Notes: generated from the sequence alone by a model not told the origin. Shown: positions 8,607 to 17,512, numbered from the stretch's first letter. The stretch is 32,000 bases of DNA from Candidatus Hadarchaeota archaeon (GCA_964514965.1 CAZETV010000001.1:998739-1030738); one strand, 5' to 3'. Made by a program: numbers and translations.

Positions 8607-10304
8607 GTGGCAAGGAAAAGAAAGACAACACGCGCTGATAAAAACACGGGGCCTCGGACGAAAACTCCAAGTGGAGAATTTGAGGTTTTGGCTGGCGAGG
8701 GTGAGGGACTCTTATCTGAAATTCTAACAGGCGCACCGCCAAATGAAAGCAAATCAACCGCAAAGCCTGCAGGGGGACTTGCTTCATCCGCAAAAGTTGT
8801 TATAGAACAGGTATCCAAAGTTGGGAAAGTGGTTGATAGCTACGGTAAGACTGAAATAGTTTCTGTCGAGGGCCAGGCTCTGCCGATTTACAAGTCGAAA
8901 TTGCCCGACCTGACGAAACAGGAATTAAAGCTACTCGAGATTGCAAAAGAGAAGGCGATAGAGGAAGTCAGTGTCAATCTGGAAAAGATTTCTGACCCGG
9001 CAGAACGTCGGAACACCCTCATGCGCGAGGTCCTAAAAATACTCGAACGCGAGAGCAAGGGGACGTACATCTCGTCTGGAAGATTAACTCACTTAGGCGA
9101 AGCCGCCGTGCGGGACATGATCGGTTATGGGCAGCTTGATTCTATAATCGCTGATGACCAACTTGAAGACATTTTGGTGACGGCGGTGGGCAAGCCCGTT
9201 TACGTCTATCATCGAAAGTACGGAATGTGCGCTACGAACGTTGTTTTTGAGAGCGATGAAGCGATTAAATATCTCATAGAAAAAATGGCGCGCGTCGTGG
9301 GCAGACGGATAGACCAGCAGACGCCCTTGCTTGACGCACGATTACCCGATGGAAGCAGGGTGAACGCGACTATACCGCCGATTTCTCTTGATGGATCAAC
9401 GATCTCAATAAGAAAGTTCCGCAAGGACCCGCTCACGGTGGTCGACATCCTAAACTTGGGCACCCTCTCAACAGATGCCGCGGCGTTCCTCTGGCTGGTC
9501 GTGGATGGTTTTGGCATCAAGCCCGCAAACATCCTATTCGCGGGGGGGACGGGCTGCGGAAAGACGACCATGCTCAACGCCGCCATAACTTTCGTCCCAG
9601 AGCGGGAGCGCATCATCTCGATTGAGGACACCGCCGAGCTTCAACTTTCTCATAAACACTGGATTAGACTTGAGACGCGCCCACCAAACGTCGAAGGACG
9701 CGGAGAGGTTACGATGAATGATTTGGTTAAAAATGCACTACGAATGAGGCCGGACCGGATGATCGTGGGGGAGGTTCGAGGTCCAGAAGCACAGACGATG
9801 TTCACCGCGATGAATACCGGCCATGATGGTTGCTGTGGCACGCTGCACTCAAACAGTGCGGTTGAGACAATTTCGCGCCTGACTGAGCCTCCGATGGCTG
9901 TGGCCCCCATAATGATTCCAGCTCTCGATATCATCGTGATGCAACAACGCATCTACCACCGCCAGAAGGGACAGATTCGAAGGGTCACCGAGGTCTCCGA
10001 GGTTACTGGTCTAGAGAGTGGAAAACCTCAGCTCAGCCGCATCTTCAAGTGGGACCCCCGCACGGATGTGGTCGAGCCGACCAGCGTACCAAGCAAGATT
10101 AAGCGCACGATAGCAGAGTTTAGCGGGATGAGCGGGAACGATATCGAGATCGAACTTGGGAAGCGTGCGGCAGTACTGGAATGGATGAAACATCAAGGTA
10201 TACGAAATATTTTCGAGGTGAGTAATATTATCCAAGAGTACTACCAAAACCCGGAGGAAATATTAAATCGCGTAAGGAACGAGAAGAACACTAAGCGTCA
10301 TTAG
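8607..10304 (+). CDS. Type IV pilus/secretion ATPase (FlaI/TadA/VirB11 superfamily)
   Basis: 565-aa ORF with Walker A GGTGCGKTT, Asp box ISIEDTAEL, Walker B DRMIVGEVRG and His box GHDGCCGTLHSN. The first ~70 aa are low-complexity and an in-frame GTG at 8829 is an alternative start. Confidence 0.9.
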   Translation: MARKRKTTRADKNTGPRTKTPSGEFEVLAGEGEGLLSEILTGAPPNESKSTAKPAGGLASSAKVVIEQVSKVGKVVDSYGKTEIVSVEGQALPIYKSKLPDLTKQELKLLEIAKEKAIEEVSVNLEKISDPAERRNTLMREVLKILERESKGTYISSGRLTHLGEAAVRDMIGYGQLDSIIADDQLEDILVTAVGKPVYVYHRKYGMCATNVVFESDEAIKYLIEKMARVVGRRIDQQTPLLDARLPDGSRVNATIPPISLDGSTISIRKFRKDPLTVVDILNLGTLSTDAAAFLWLVVDGFGIKPANILFAGGTGCGKTTMLNAAITFVPERERIISIEDTAELQLSHKHWIRLETRPPNVEGRGEVTMNDLVKNALRMRPDRMIVGEVRGPEAQTMFTAMNTGHDGCCGTLHSNSAVETISRLTEPPMAVAPIMIPALDIIVMQQRIYHRQKGQIRRVTEVSEVTGLESGKPQLSRIFKWDPRTDVVEPTSVPSKIKRTIAEFSGMSGNDIEIELGKRAAVLEWMKHQGIRNIFEVSNIIQEYYQNPEEILNRVRNEKNTKRH

Positions 10305-10311
10305 TGATTCC

Positions 10312-11421
10312 ATGCCGAAAAAAAAAGCTAAAAAGCCGAGTTCGTTGAAGAGATTTTTTTCTGCAGTTGGCGGCGGTGTGATAAAAACAGGCACTACAGC
10401 ACAGCGCGTGGGTCAGGCAGTCAATATTACAAAGAGGCCTGAAGCTCCAGAAAAGGCTGATGGGGAAGTTGCCCGAAGGCTGCGTGAACTGAAACGGCTC
10501 GAAAGTTTGCGTGAGGAAGAAATTGCCGCAGAGCGTAAGCTGAGAGAAGATAAAAAGTGGGAGGTACGCGCGGAGCTGAAGAGGTCGTTATCCGAGCGCC
10601 TCTCTGAGATTTTTTATTCCCCGCTCAAGCGCCCGGCTCAGCGAATGGCTACGTTTTTTAAGGGGTTAGATGATGACCTCTACAAGGCTAACATCAGAGT
10701 TGCCCCCACGCATTATGTGGCACTAATGATCGGGATGAGCCTCATCATGAGTGTCTTTGCATTAGTTCTTATGCTCCTGTTTTTACCCGTCCTCTTTGCA
10801 GTGGTTGGTGGAGTGTTCGCTTTCGTGCTAGTACTGGTTTTTAGTAGAACCCAGCCAAAGCGTAAGGCTAAGGCGCGAGTAGTCGGGATAAATCGCGTAA
10901 TCCCGTACGCTATGCGGCACATGGCAACGCAGCTTTCATCTGGAATAGGCCTCCCAGAAACTATTACTTCGGTCAGCAAGGCTGATTATGGCGCTCTCTC
11001 GGAGGAGTTTGACAGAGTCATACGTGACATGCATACAGGGATGAGCACGGAAGAAGCACTAACGAGTATGACCCAGCGGGTGGACTCCGAGCCACTCCGT
11101 CGAGCAGTCCGCCAAGTTCAGCGCACTTTACGGACGGGTGGCGACTTGGCTGGCATCCTCCACACTTTGGCCGACGAAACAGCTTTCGAGATGCGCATGA
11201 AATTACGAGACTATACTCAATCACTCAACATGCTCACGATGGTCTACATGTTTGCCTCCGCGGTCATCCCAGCCATGCTTATGGTCATGATAGCGGTGGG
11301 TAGTCGAATGGGCGGAATGATGTTTACTTCAGCGAGTGCGGCAGTCCTCTTTTTGATTCTCATCCCATTCATGTTATTATACTTCGTCATGATGATCAAA
11401 CGCTTCGAGCCGAGGTTATGA
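10312..11421 (+). CDS. Pilus platform membrane protein, single T2SSF domain (TadB/TadC/FlaJ-like), with a charged coiled N-terminal extension
   Basis: 369-aa ORF. A cytoplasmic helical bundle block (IPYAMRHMATQLSSGIGLPETI...EEALTSM...RTLRTGGDLAGIL) is flanked by TM segments. Confidence 0.8.
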   Translation: MPKKKAKKPSSLKRFFSAVGGGVIKTGTTAQRVGQAVNITKRPEAPEKADGEVARRLRELKRLESLREEEIAAERKLREDKKWEVRAELKRSLSERLSEIFYSPLKRPAQRMATFFKGLDDDLYKANIRVAPTHYVALMIGMSLIMSVFALVLMLLFLPVLFAVVGGVFAFVLVLVFSRTQPKRKAKARVVGINRVIPYAMRHMATQLSSGIGLPETITSVSKADYGALSEEFDRVIRDMHTGMSTEEALTSMTQRVDSEPLRRAVRQVQRTLRTGGDLAGILHTLADETAFEMRMKLRDYTQSLNMLTMVYMFASAVIPAMLMVMIAVGSRMGGMMFTSASAAVLFLILIPFMLLYFVMMIKRFEPRL

Positions 11422-12359
11422 CGATGAGTGTGCTTAAAAAAATGGCGGCGTTTGCGAAGCGCGTGTTTCCAGAGAAATTCCTGCAGAGCCTCAACCGCAG
11501 GTTGGAGTCAACGAAAATCGCACTCGCTGCTGAGGAATACGTGGGAGTGGCCCTCCTAGCGACGATACTCGTGGGTGTGACAGCGGGTTTCATGGGCATT
11601 CTCCTGAATTTCCCACTCCCAGCGCCTCTGCTCGCAATCATTGTAGCCGTTGCCACCTTTCCAGCGCTGACGATTGGGGTGCCCTATTATCTGGCCCAAC
11701 GTAGGGCTGCTGAGCTGGAAAGTGTGTTACCAGATGCCCTCCGCCAGATGGCGAGCACTCTGCGGGCTGGTGTGGGGATAGACGCCGCGATGGATGATAT
11801 AGTAAAATCAAAGTACGGCACGCTTTCAGATGAATTCGATCGGGTGGTGACGGAGATTCGTAGGGGGAGAACCCTCGACAACGCTCTCTTGGCTCTAGCG
11901 CGGAGGTCGAATTCGCCCCTCTATGAGCGGGCCTTTCACCTGATTGTTGAAGGTATCGAACGCGGCGGAGCTCTCGCCAACGTGCTCGACGCAGTTTCCA
12001 CTGACATCAAGGAGACGCATGCGATCCAGCGTGAGAGGAGGGCAGCCACAATGCAGCAAGTATTATTCCTGCTCGCCGTGGCTCTCTTTGCAGTTCCATT
12101 CATAGTTGGCCTCACGGTTGCGGTGACCGGAATTCAGGTAGGCAGAGGGCCAGTGACAGGTTCAGGCCTGCCAGCGGAGATGAGCACGATCGCCATGATG
12201 TACATAGTGATACAAGCGCTCATCTGTTCGCTCGCGGTCGGAGTGATTCGTTACGGCAAGATGTTAAAAGGCCTAACTTTCGCCGTGCCGTTTGTGATGG
12301 TCTCGGCAGTCGTCTTCTATGTTGCCCAGAATATAATCGGGGGCATTGCGTCAGTTTAG
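11418..12359 (+). CDS. Second pilus platform membrane protein, single T2SSF domain (TadB/TadC-like)
   Basis: 313-aa ORF with a 4-nt overlap on the previous gene. LPDALRQMASTLRAGVGIDAAM...GRTLDNALLAL...GIERGGALANVL block plus TM segments. Confidence 0.8.
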   Translation: MTMSVLKKMAAFAKRVFPEKFLQSLNRRLESTKIALAAEEYVGVALLATILVGVTAGFMGILLNFPLPAPLLAIIVAVATFPALTIGVPYYLAQRRAAELESVLPDALRQMASTLRAGVGIDAAMDDIVKSKYGTLSDEFDRVVTEIRRGRTLDNALLALARRSNSPLYERAFHLIVEGIERGGALANVLDAVSTDIKETHAIQRERRAATMQQVLFLLAVALFAVPFIVGLTVAVTGIQVGRGPVTGSGLPAEMSTIAMMYIVIQALICSLAVGVIRYGKMLKGLTFAVPFVMVSAVVFYVAQNIIGGIASV

Positions 12360-12919
12360 CGTTCCATGCCAAGTTCTTGTAAATCGTTATATATCGTATC
12401 ACGCGAAACTCCGAATCTCTTGGCCACTTGCACAAGGTTTATCGCTTTTGCGTCGTTGCCGAGCAATCGCAGTAGCACCGTTAAACGTTCTCGACGTTCC
12501 CACAAACTGAGCTTACTAATTTTTCTGGGGACATCCTCATTCACAGCAACGATGAGCGTGGCATAGGTACGCTTTGTTAGAGGGGGAGTAATGAATTTCA
12601 GGTAAAACCCGATGATCTCCCCGCGTAGTTTCGACAAGCGTGCATTTATTTTATCTTGGGCGCGTTGAAGGGCAACCGCCTCACTACCGCCGACTTCGTT
12701 CACCCAGAGGATGCATTTTGGTCTGACATCACTTTCGTCTATCACCAAAGCTATGCGCGCAATTCCGCCAGTCAAACCTGAGCTGACGTTCACATCCATC
12801 CGAGTTATACATCCTTGCATTTTTGCAAGCTTCTCGTTAATTTCATTTGCAGTTCGTTTGAGCGCCTTTCGCACATTTGTAGCTCGCCGCACGCAGCTCA
12901 GAACTTGCAAGTTTATCAA
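12356..12919 (-). CDS. HTH-domain protein (C-terminal DeoR/HTH_11-like helix-turn-helix) with an uncharacterised N-terminal domain
   Basis: 187-aa ORF. The C-terminus INLVQVAKRFGVSRDTIYNDLQELG is a clear HTH. It is divergent from the pilin genes, and its stop overlaps the stop of the platform gene. Confidence 0.6.
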   Translation of the reverse strand: MINLQVLSCVRRATNVRKALKRTANEINEKLAKMQGCITRMDVNVSSGLTGGIARIALVIDESDVRPKCILWVNEVGGSEAVALQRAQDKINARLSKLRGEIIGFYLKFITPPLTKRTYATLIVAVNEDVPRKISKLSLWERRERLTVLLRLLGNDAKAINLVQVAKRFGVSRDTIYNDLQELGMER

Positions 12920-13032
12920 AATAGGTTGTATGGTGGATGTTTTTAAGGGTTTGTCTACAAAAATGTCGACTTTTTCTCAGAAATGTGGAGGTATCTTTAT
13001 AACCCCAAATTTAAGAAAATTCCTGTAAAGAG

Positions 13033-13413
13033 GTGAAAAAAATGAGATTGTCTAAAAAGGGTCAAGGCGCTACAGAGTACCTATTGATGTTGGCTGCAGT
13101 ATTAGTAATAGTAGCCATAGCGGTGTACTACGTGACAAGCACTGGTGGTTATCCAGCAGTTGCTGCAACAGCAGTAAAGTCTGGTGACAACACGATTAGA
13201 ATTGACGTTACAACTGGAACAATCCCGGCTGGAGACTGGCAATATATAGTGAGCACGACTCCAGGAAGCAATAACTGGCAGGACAAAGGCGTAGAACTGA
13301 AAGCACCATACGTTAGCTTGGAGAATTGCTCCCCAAACACCTACTACGTGAGCCTGAAGCACACGCCGAGCGGTCACATCTACTTCTCGGACCAAACGAT
13401 AACGATATCTTAA
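13033..13413 (+). CDS. Prepilin-like protein with class III signal peptide (pilin paralog 1)
   Basis: N-terminus M(KKM)RLSKKGQGATEYLLMLAAVLVIVAIAVYYV. An ATG at 13042 preceded by AAGAGG is the likelier start. Confidence 0.85.
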   Translation: MKKMRLSKKGQGATEYLLMLAAVLVIVAIAVYYVTSTGGYPAVAATAVKSGDNTIRIDVTTGTIPAGDWQYIVSTTPGSNNWQDKGVELKAPYVSLENCSPNTYYVSLKHTPSGHIYFSDQTITIS

Positions 13414-13462
13414 GCGCATTGGCCTGTTTGAAAGAAACGCCCACAGTTGGGTAGGGGATAGG

Positions 13463-13837
13463 ATGAGTGGGAGTAGAAAAGAGTGCGGACAAAGCGCGAC
13501 CGAGTATATGTTAATCCTAGCGGCGGTGCTTGTCGCAGTTGCGGTGGCGGTCTACTACGTGGCAAAGGGCCCGTCTTTCCCACTATTGTCTGCTACCGTC
13601 ACGAATGTGGACAACGAAATCAGGGTCAGCATAGACACGGGATCCATACCGGCAGGCGATTGGCAGTATTCCGTGAGCGCGATTTATGGAACATACGACT
13701 GGAAAAGTGAGGACGTAGAACTGAAAGCTCCGTACTTTAGCCTTGGGACTTACGACCCAGACATCTACTACGTGAGCCTTAAGCACCAACCAAGTGGCCA
13801 CATCTACTTCTCGGACCAAACGATAACGATAACGTAG
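13463..13837 (+). CDS. Prepilin-like protein with class III signal peptide (pilin paralog 2)
   Basis: N-terminus MSGSRKECGQSATEYMLILAAVLVAVAVAVYYV. Its C-terminal half is co-linear with paralog 1 (IPAGDWQY...VELKAPY...YYVSLKH.PSGHIYFSDQTITI). Confidence 0.85.
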   Translation: MSGSRKECGQSATEYMLILAAVLVAVAVAVYYVAKGPSFPLLSATVTNVDNEIRVSIDTGSIPAGDWQYSVSAIYGTYDWKSEDVELKAPYFSLGTYDPDIYYVSLKHQPSGHIYFSDQTITIT

Positions 13838-13866
13838 ATTTTTATCCTATCCTCCCCTATTCTTTT

Positions 13867-14076
13867 TTGTTGGGGCTCATGGTCACGAGGATGAGTGAGC
13901 GCTCTCAAGGAGCAACCGAGTACTTGCTGATGCTAGGTGTCGTGCTGGTACTCGTGGCGGGTATAGTTGCGTCTATTTTCCTAGCCTCTCAGACCTTGGG
14001 TTCAAACGTTAGTGGCCAAATCAATGACGTTATAGATAACTTGATAATTCCAAGTCTCGTTGGAACAATTTTCTGA
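13867..14076 (+). CDS. Short Flp-like prepilin (candidate major pilin)
   Basis: The likely start is the ATG at 13891 (MSERSQGATEYLLMLGVVLVLVAGIVASIF...), which gives about 61 aa. The protein is a class III signal motif plus one hydrophobic helix and a short tail. Confidence 0.75.
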   Translation: MLGLMVTRMSERSQGATEYLLMLGVVLVLVAGIVASIFLASQTLGSNVSGQINDVIDNLIIPSLVGTIF

Positions 14077-14113
14077 AAACTTAATAGCCAAGTGAATCGG
14101 TCAATCATATGAT

Positions 14114-14887
14114 TTACTCGGACTTACCCAAAATCGCTCTAACCTTTGCTCCCCGGAGCCCCAGCGTCGGCCGCTCCACGCTGATTTTTACCGAGTCCCC
14201 TTTCTTGATTTTGGCGAAGCTCTCCACAGCGTACAGGCCCGACTTCACGTTGCTGCAGATGTCGTAGCTTATTCTGACCACCGCCCGTTTGCCCCGAATC
14301 TCTTCAACCGTGCCGTAGGTGAAGTTTCGCCCGTACTTGAGCCTGAACGCCACAAACGCCACTAAAACGAACCCCATTGCCATCAGAGGAGGAATAAGCG
14401 CAAGGTAGAGCGCCTCGATTGAGAACTCGACAGGGAAGTATCGGAATGCCAGCACAAAGACCCAAGCGATGGTCACACACATTATCACGAAGCTCCGGTA
14501 GGCGGAATAGTCTCGTTTGAACGCGTGCTTGAGTTGAGTTGCCGTCAAGTAGAGTAGATAAGCGCTCAGCGCGAGAAGCAAGAAAGTGAAGATAAAAATT
14601 TCTGCGGGGAACAACGCGATGTAGATTACTGCAGCCCCGAAGAGTGAGAGGATCGCCAGCTGCGCTTTGAGCATCACGTACTCGGGCCATCCCGTGTGGC
14701 GCCGCTCAAAGAAGCTCTGAAACATTTTTGGGATTTCGGGCTTTCGTATCTGCGGGGCCCTTTTCTTTACATTTGGAGCCCTGCGTTTCAGCCTGCTGGG
14801 GAGCTTTCCGACTTCTAGAACCGCGTCACCGACTCTGCGGAAGAAACCGGTTGTTCTGGAACTTTTGTGCGGCATTTTATTCACCAA
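14114..14887 (-). CDS. Polytopic membrane protein with a basic N-terminus and a C-terminal soluble beta-rich domain
   Basis: 257-aa ORF with about 4-5 TM helices. The C-terminus is GTVEEIRGKRAVVRISYDICSNVKSGLYAVESFAKIKKGDSVKISVERP... (OB/TRAM-like pattern). No peptidase motifs. Confidence 0.6.
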   Translation of the reverse strand: MVNKMPHKSSRTTGFFRRVGDAVLEVGKLPSRLKRRAPNVKKRAPQIRKPEIPKMFQSFFERRHTGWPEYVMLKAQLAILSLFGAAVIYIALFPAEIFIFTFLLLALSAYLLYLTATQLKHAFKRDYSAYRSFVIMCVTIAWVFVLAFRYFPVEFSIEALYLALIPPLMAMGFVLVAFVAFRLKYGRNFTYGTVEEIRGKRAVVRISYDICSNVKSGLYAVESFAKIKKGDSVKISVERPTLGLRGAKVRAILGKSE

Positions 14888-14891
14888 ATAT

Positions 14892-15587
14892 CTACCCTAA
14901 ATCCACCGTCGATGAGTACTGCAGGGCGCCTCTCGGATCTCTAACGTTAATAAACACTTTAAGTTGTGTCACGCCTTTTACCTCGGTGTTCTCCCCAACA
15001 TGAGTATTCTCAGGAGCACCGACTCTATCCCAAAGTAGTTGGTCTGAATAATAAACATCCGGGTAATAGATGCCGTCGTACTCCTCGATAGTTATTCGGA
15101 GATTTTCACCGATTTTTTCGACAAACAAGACGGGTTCATCATAATCTGGTTCTCCGATGCCCCAAGAAGCTTCATTTGACTCCTCGAAGTAGTAGAACCA
15201 GTTCTCTCCGGGAGCATTCTCAACAATATTACAGTATTGTGTCCCAGCAAGATGATTTTCTCCTATGTTTATGACACGAATCCACAACATCCAACTGGGC
15301 TTGATATCCACGAGCAACCCTGTGGCAGCACGGTAGTTGTCCGCGAGCTCACTAAGCGTGATGTCGGCGTTGTCTATCAGCAGACTCTCATTCCACAAAT
15401 CCTTTACCACGCGCTCGATATCATTGCCAGTATAGAACACCTTATCAGCGGAGGCCTGTAACGTAGTGGCTTCTCCGCCCATCTCGATGATTGTAAAACA
15501 AGAGGCTACGAGCAGCATAGCCGGCAGTACGAGCAGCAGCGCTATCCCGCTCAGGACGAACCCCCGTTGGTCTTTACGCATTCTCAT
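14892..15587 (-). CDS. Minor pilin-like protein (class III signal peptide, RGF type)
   Basis: MRMRKDQRGFVLSGIALLLVLPAMLLV. This start was chosen for its 4-nt ATGA overlap with the upstream gene; the ORF track extends to 15605. Confidence 0.75.
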   Translation of the reverse strand: MRMRKDQRGFVLSGIALLLVLPAMLLVASCFTIIEMGGEATTLQASADKVFYTGNDIERVVKDLWNESLLIDNADITLSELADNYRAATGLLVDIKPSWMLWIRVINIGENHLAGTQYCNIVENAPGENWFYYFEESNEASWGIGEPDYDEPVLFVEKIGENLRITIEEYDGIYYPDVYYSDQLLWDRVGAPENTHVGENTEVKGVTQLKVFINVRDPRGALQYSSTVDLG

Positions 15588-16066
15588 ATCCCCGTCCCCC
15601 GCCACACGTAAAGAGTAATAGGGTCAAACACGTTTTCAGGCGGAAATAGTAAAACACGAGTTGCAACGGCGATATCCTCGGCATTTATAAAATTGCTATA
15701 CCATTCGGCGTGATTTCCAACGCTTGGATAAACATTATCCAGTCTAGGATTATTTTCGTCCCCAATTAGAAATCTAAACTGTATTTCATCGGGCAAGATT
15801 TTTCGTAGCTCGTTTTCGGCAAGTTCCGCGGCCCAAGAGTTTTCTCCTTCAGCGAGCAAGTTTATGATGTTGTCCAGCGTGCCAGAAAGCTGCATCGTCT
15901 CGAGCGCATCGTTGGCATAACGTTCCAAGCGCAGGTATCCGTGCTGCTCGTATATGATCCCAGGGCTGCTCACGTGAGCTACCCCTGCCATCACAATCAT
16001 CACAACCAGCATCGCCAGTGTCGCGTCGAGGCTGAAGATGAACCCGCGTTGGTCCTTGGCGTTCAT
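15584..16066 (-). CDS. Minor pilin-like protein (class III signal peptide, RGF type)
   Basis: MNAKDQRGFIFSLDATLAMLVVMIVMAGV. Confidence 0.75.
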   Translation of the reverse strand: MNAKDQRGFIFSLDATLAMLVVMIVMAGVAHVSSPGIIYEQHGYLRLERYANDALETMQLSGTLDNIINLLAEGENSWAAELAENELRKILPDEIQFRFLIGDENNPRLDNVYPSVGNHAEWYSNFINAEDIAVATRVLLFPPENVFDPITLYVWRGTGI

Positions 16067-16070
16067 GTGT

Positions 16071-17114
16071 CTACCTCCACATTTTCACCTCAAGAGTCGC
16101 TGGCAACGGTTGTAAGAACATGGTGGCATCGCTCCAGTCTGAGCAGGATGGAAGTGTGACAATGCAAACTTTAACAACCCAATCTGGTCCAGAAGTGAAT
16201 TTGAACCCCAAAAAGTTAGTACCTACAAATAGATTATCTTCAGCTTCAATTTGGCTGTCGTTTTCTATGCCGCCATGTTGAAAGTGACCTTTAGGCGGGT
16301 CTTCCGGACCTGGAGAAACTCTTTGTGGCATATCTGAGTATACAAAGTTATAATCGGAAGATCCATCTGGGTTCTCACCGACATCACCATCTCTAGCGTT
16401 GTCGTTTACCCATATCTGAAGATTGGGCTTGGCGCCAGTTCCTTCTTTCAACCCAACGACGACGATGTAAAAGTCGAATGCATCGAGTTCTCCCGGATAA
16501 ATCTCAAATACCAGTTCATTTTCCGTTGCTCCTCCTCCCGCTTTAAATATTGGCCCTGAATCTGCCCGAATCGCCGACCCGTACCTGACTGAAATCAAAC
16601 GTCTAACGACTGCAACATCAAGGGAATTTTCCGCCCCGGAGTTTTCCCCCACTTGCTCAGCGCTCCACCTCGGAAAAGCATACCACATTTCATCATTATT
16701 TTCATCAAGTATCCTAACTTCAAACTTCTCTGATCCCCCAAAGAGTTTTTTTATTGTTTCCACAGCTCCAGCGTTTATCGGGGCATCCCAGTTGTCTTTG
16801 TTGATCAAGCGCCTGAACTGTCCAAATTTCTTAATATCAATGGTATTCGGAATCGGCTCCCCTGCGTTCTCCTCTGCAAATCCCAAAATGCTTAGCGTGA
16901 TAGAATTTTCCCACCAGTTATATGACGCGCCAGCAGTCTTCAAAAGAACGTCTGCAGCATCATTTGCCGTGCGCTCGAGCGAGTACCGGAGCGAGTATTC
17001 CTCGGCCTGCTTGCGCGCCTGCTCAAGCGCCAGCCCGGAGTAGCTCACCACTAGCACAGTCAGGGCCAGCGCGAAAAACATGTCGAGAGTGAAAATTTGT
17101 CCTCGCTCTTTCAT
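16071..17114 (-). CDS. Large pilin-like protein (347 aa; candidate tip/adhesin subunit)
   Basis: MKERGQIFTLDMFFALALTVLVVSY N-terminus followed by a ~320-aa soluble domain. Confidence 0.75.
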   Translation of the reverse strand: MKERGQIFTLDMFFALALTVLVVSYSGLALEQARKQAEEYSLRYSLERTANDAADVLLKTAGASYNWWENSITLSILGFAEENAGEPIPNTIDIKKFGQFRRLINKDNWDAPINAGAVETIKKLFGGSEKFEVRILDENNDEMWYAFPRWSAEQVGENSGAENSLDVAVVRRLISVRYGSAIRADSGPIFKAGGGATENELVFEIYPGELDAFDFYIVVVGLKEGTGAKPNLQIWVNDNARDGDVGENPDGSSDYNFVYSDMPQRVSPGPEDPPKGHFQHGGIENDSQIEAEDNLFVGTNFLGFKFTSGPDWVVKVCIVTLPSCSDWSDATMFLQPLPATLEVKMWR

Positions 17115-17512
17115 TTGATCACCCTCATTACCTCCACCGCCACATCATAGGTGTAGTGGCTGGTCTTGACAGGTTCTGCAGTTTCTGGGAGAAAACCGAC
17201 GATAGCATTGTAAATGTGTTTGAGTGCTCCCTGCCTGAGGTTGTCCGAGATGGTCTGGTTATCCGGTGGTGGCCCGCCCCTCACATTGACATGAATCATT
17301 ATGGTGCCCGCGTTGAAATCTAGTTGTTCAATACCAATTGTGCACCCATACTCGATGTCCAAGGCAGCAATCGCATTTTCCGCTCCAACACGGGCTGCCG
17401 ACATCGCAACTGCCATCTCGTTGCTTCCGGTACCCGAATATAGCAGCGATGCGACCGCCACGAGGATCGCCCCGACGAGAATTAACATCTCCGCGCTGGA
17501 TTGGCCCCTCAT
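17111..17512 (-). CDS. Minor pilin-like protein (class III signal peptide, RGQ type)
   Basis: MRGQSSAEMLILVGAILVAVASLL. This start was chosen for its ATGA overlap with the upstream stop; the ORF track extends to 17545. Confidence 0.75.
   Translation of the reverse strand: MRGQSSAEMLILVGAILVAVASLLYSGTGSNEMAVAMSAARVGAENAIAALDIEYGCTIGIEQLDFNAGTIMIHVNVRGGPPPDNQTISDNLRQGALKHIYNAIVGFLPETAEPVKTSHYTYDVAVEVMRVIK

Noticed and set aside
8276-8818. 180-aa minus-strand ORF spanning the RNA candidate and the ATPase 5' region
   Set aside because: It lies antisense to the ATPase start and promoter. Its composition is typical of stop-free GC-rich antisense frames, with no motifs.
8607-12359. Interpretation of the ATPase plus membrane genes as an archaellum (fla/arl) operon
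   Set aside because: No FlaC/D/E/F/G/H-like genes and no archaellin-sized subunits are present. The platform is split Tad-style and the neighbours are pilin-like genes, so a pilus is the better reading.
14114-14887. Candidate prepilin peptidase (the only polytopic membrane protein in the pilin block)
   Set aside because: It lacks the two conserved Asp motifs (including GxGD-like) of A24-family peptidases, and it carries a soluble C-terminal beta-domain instead.
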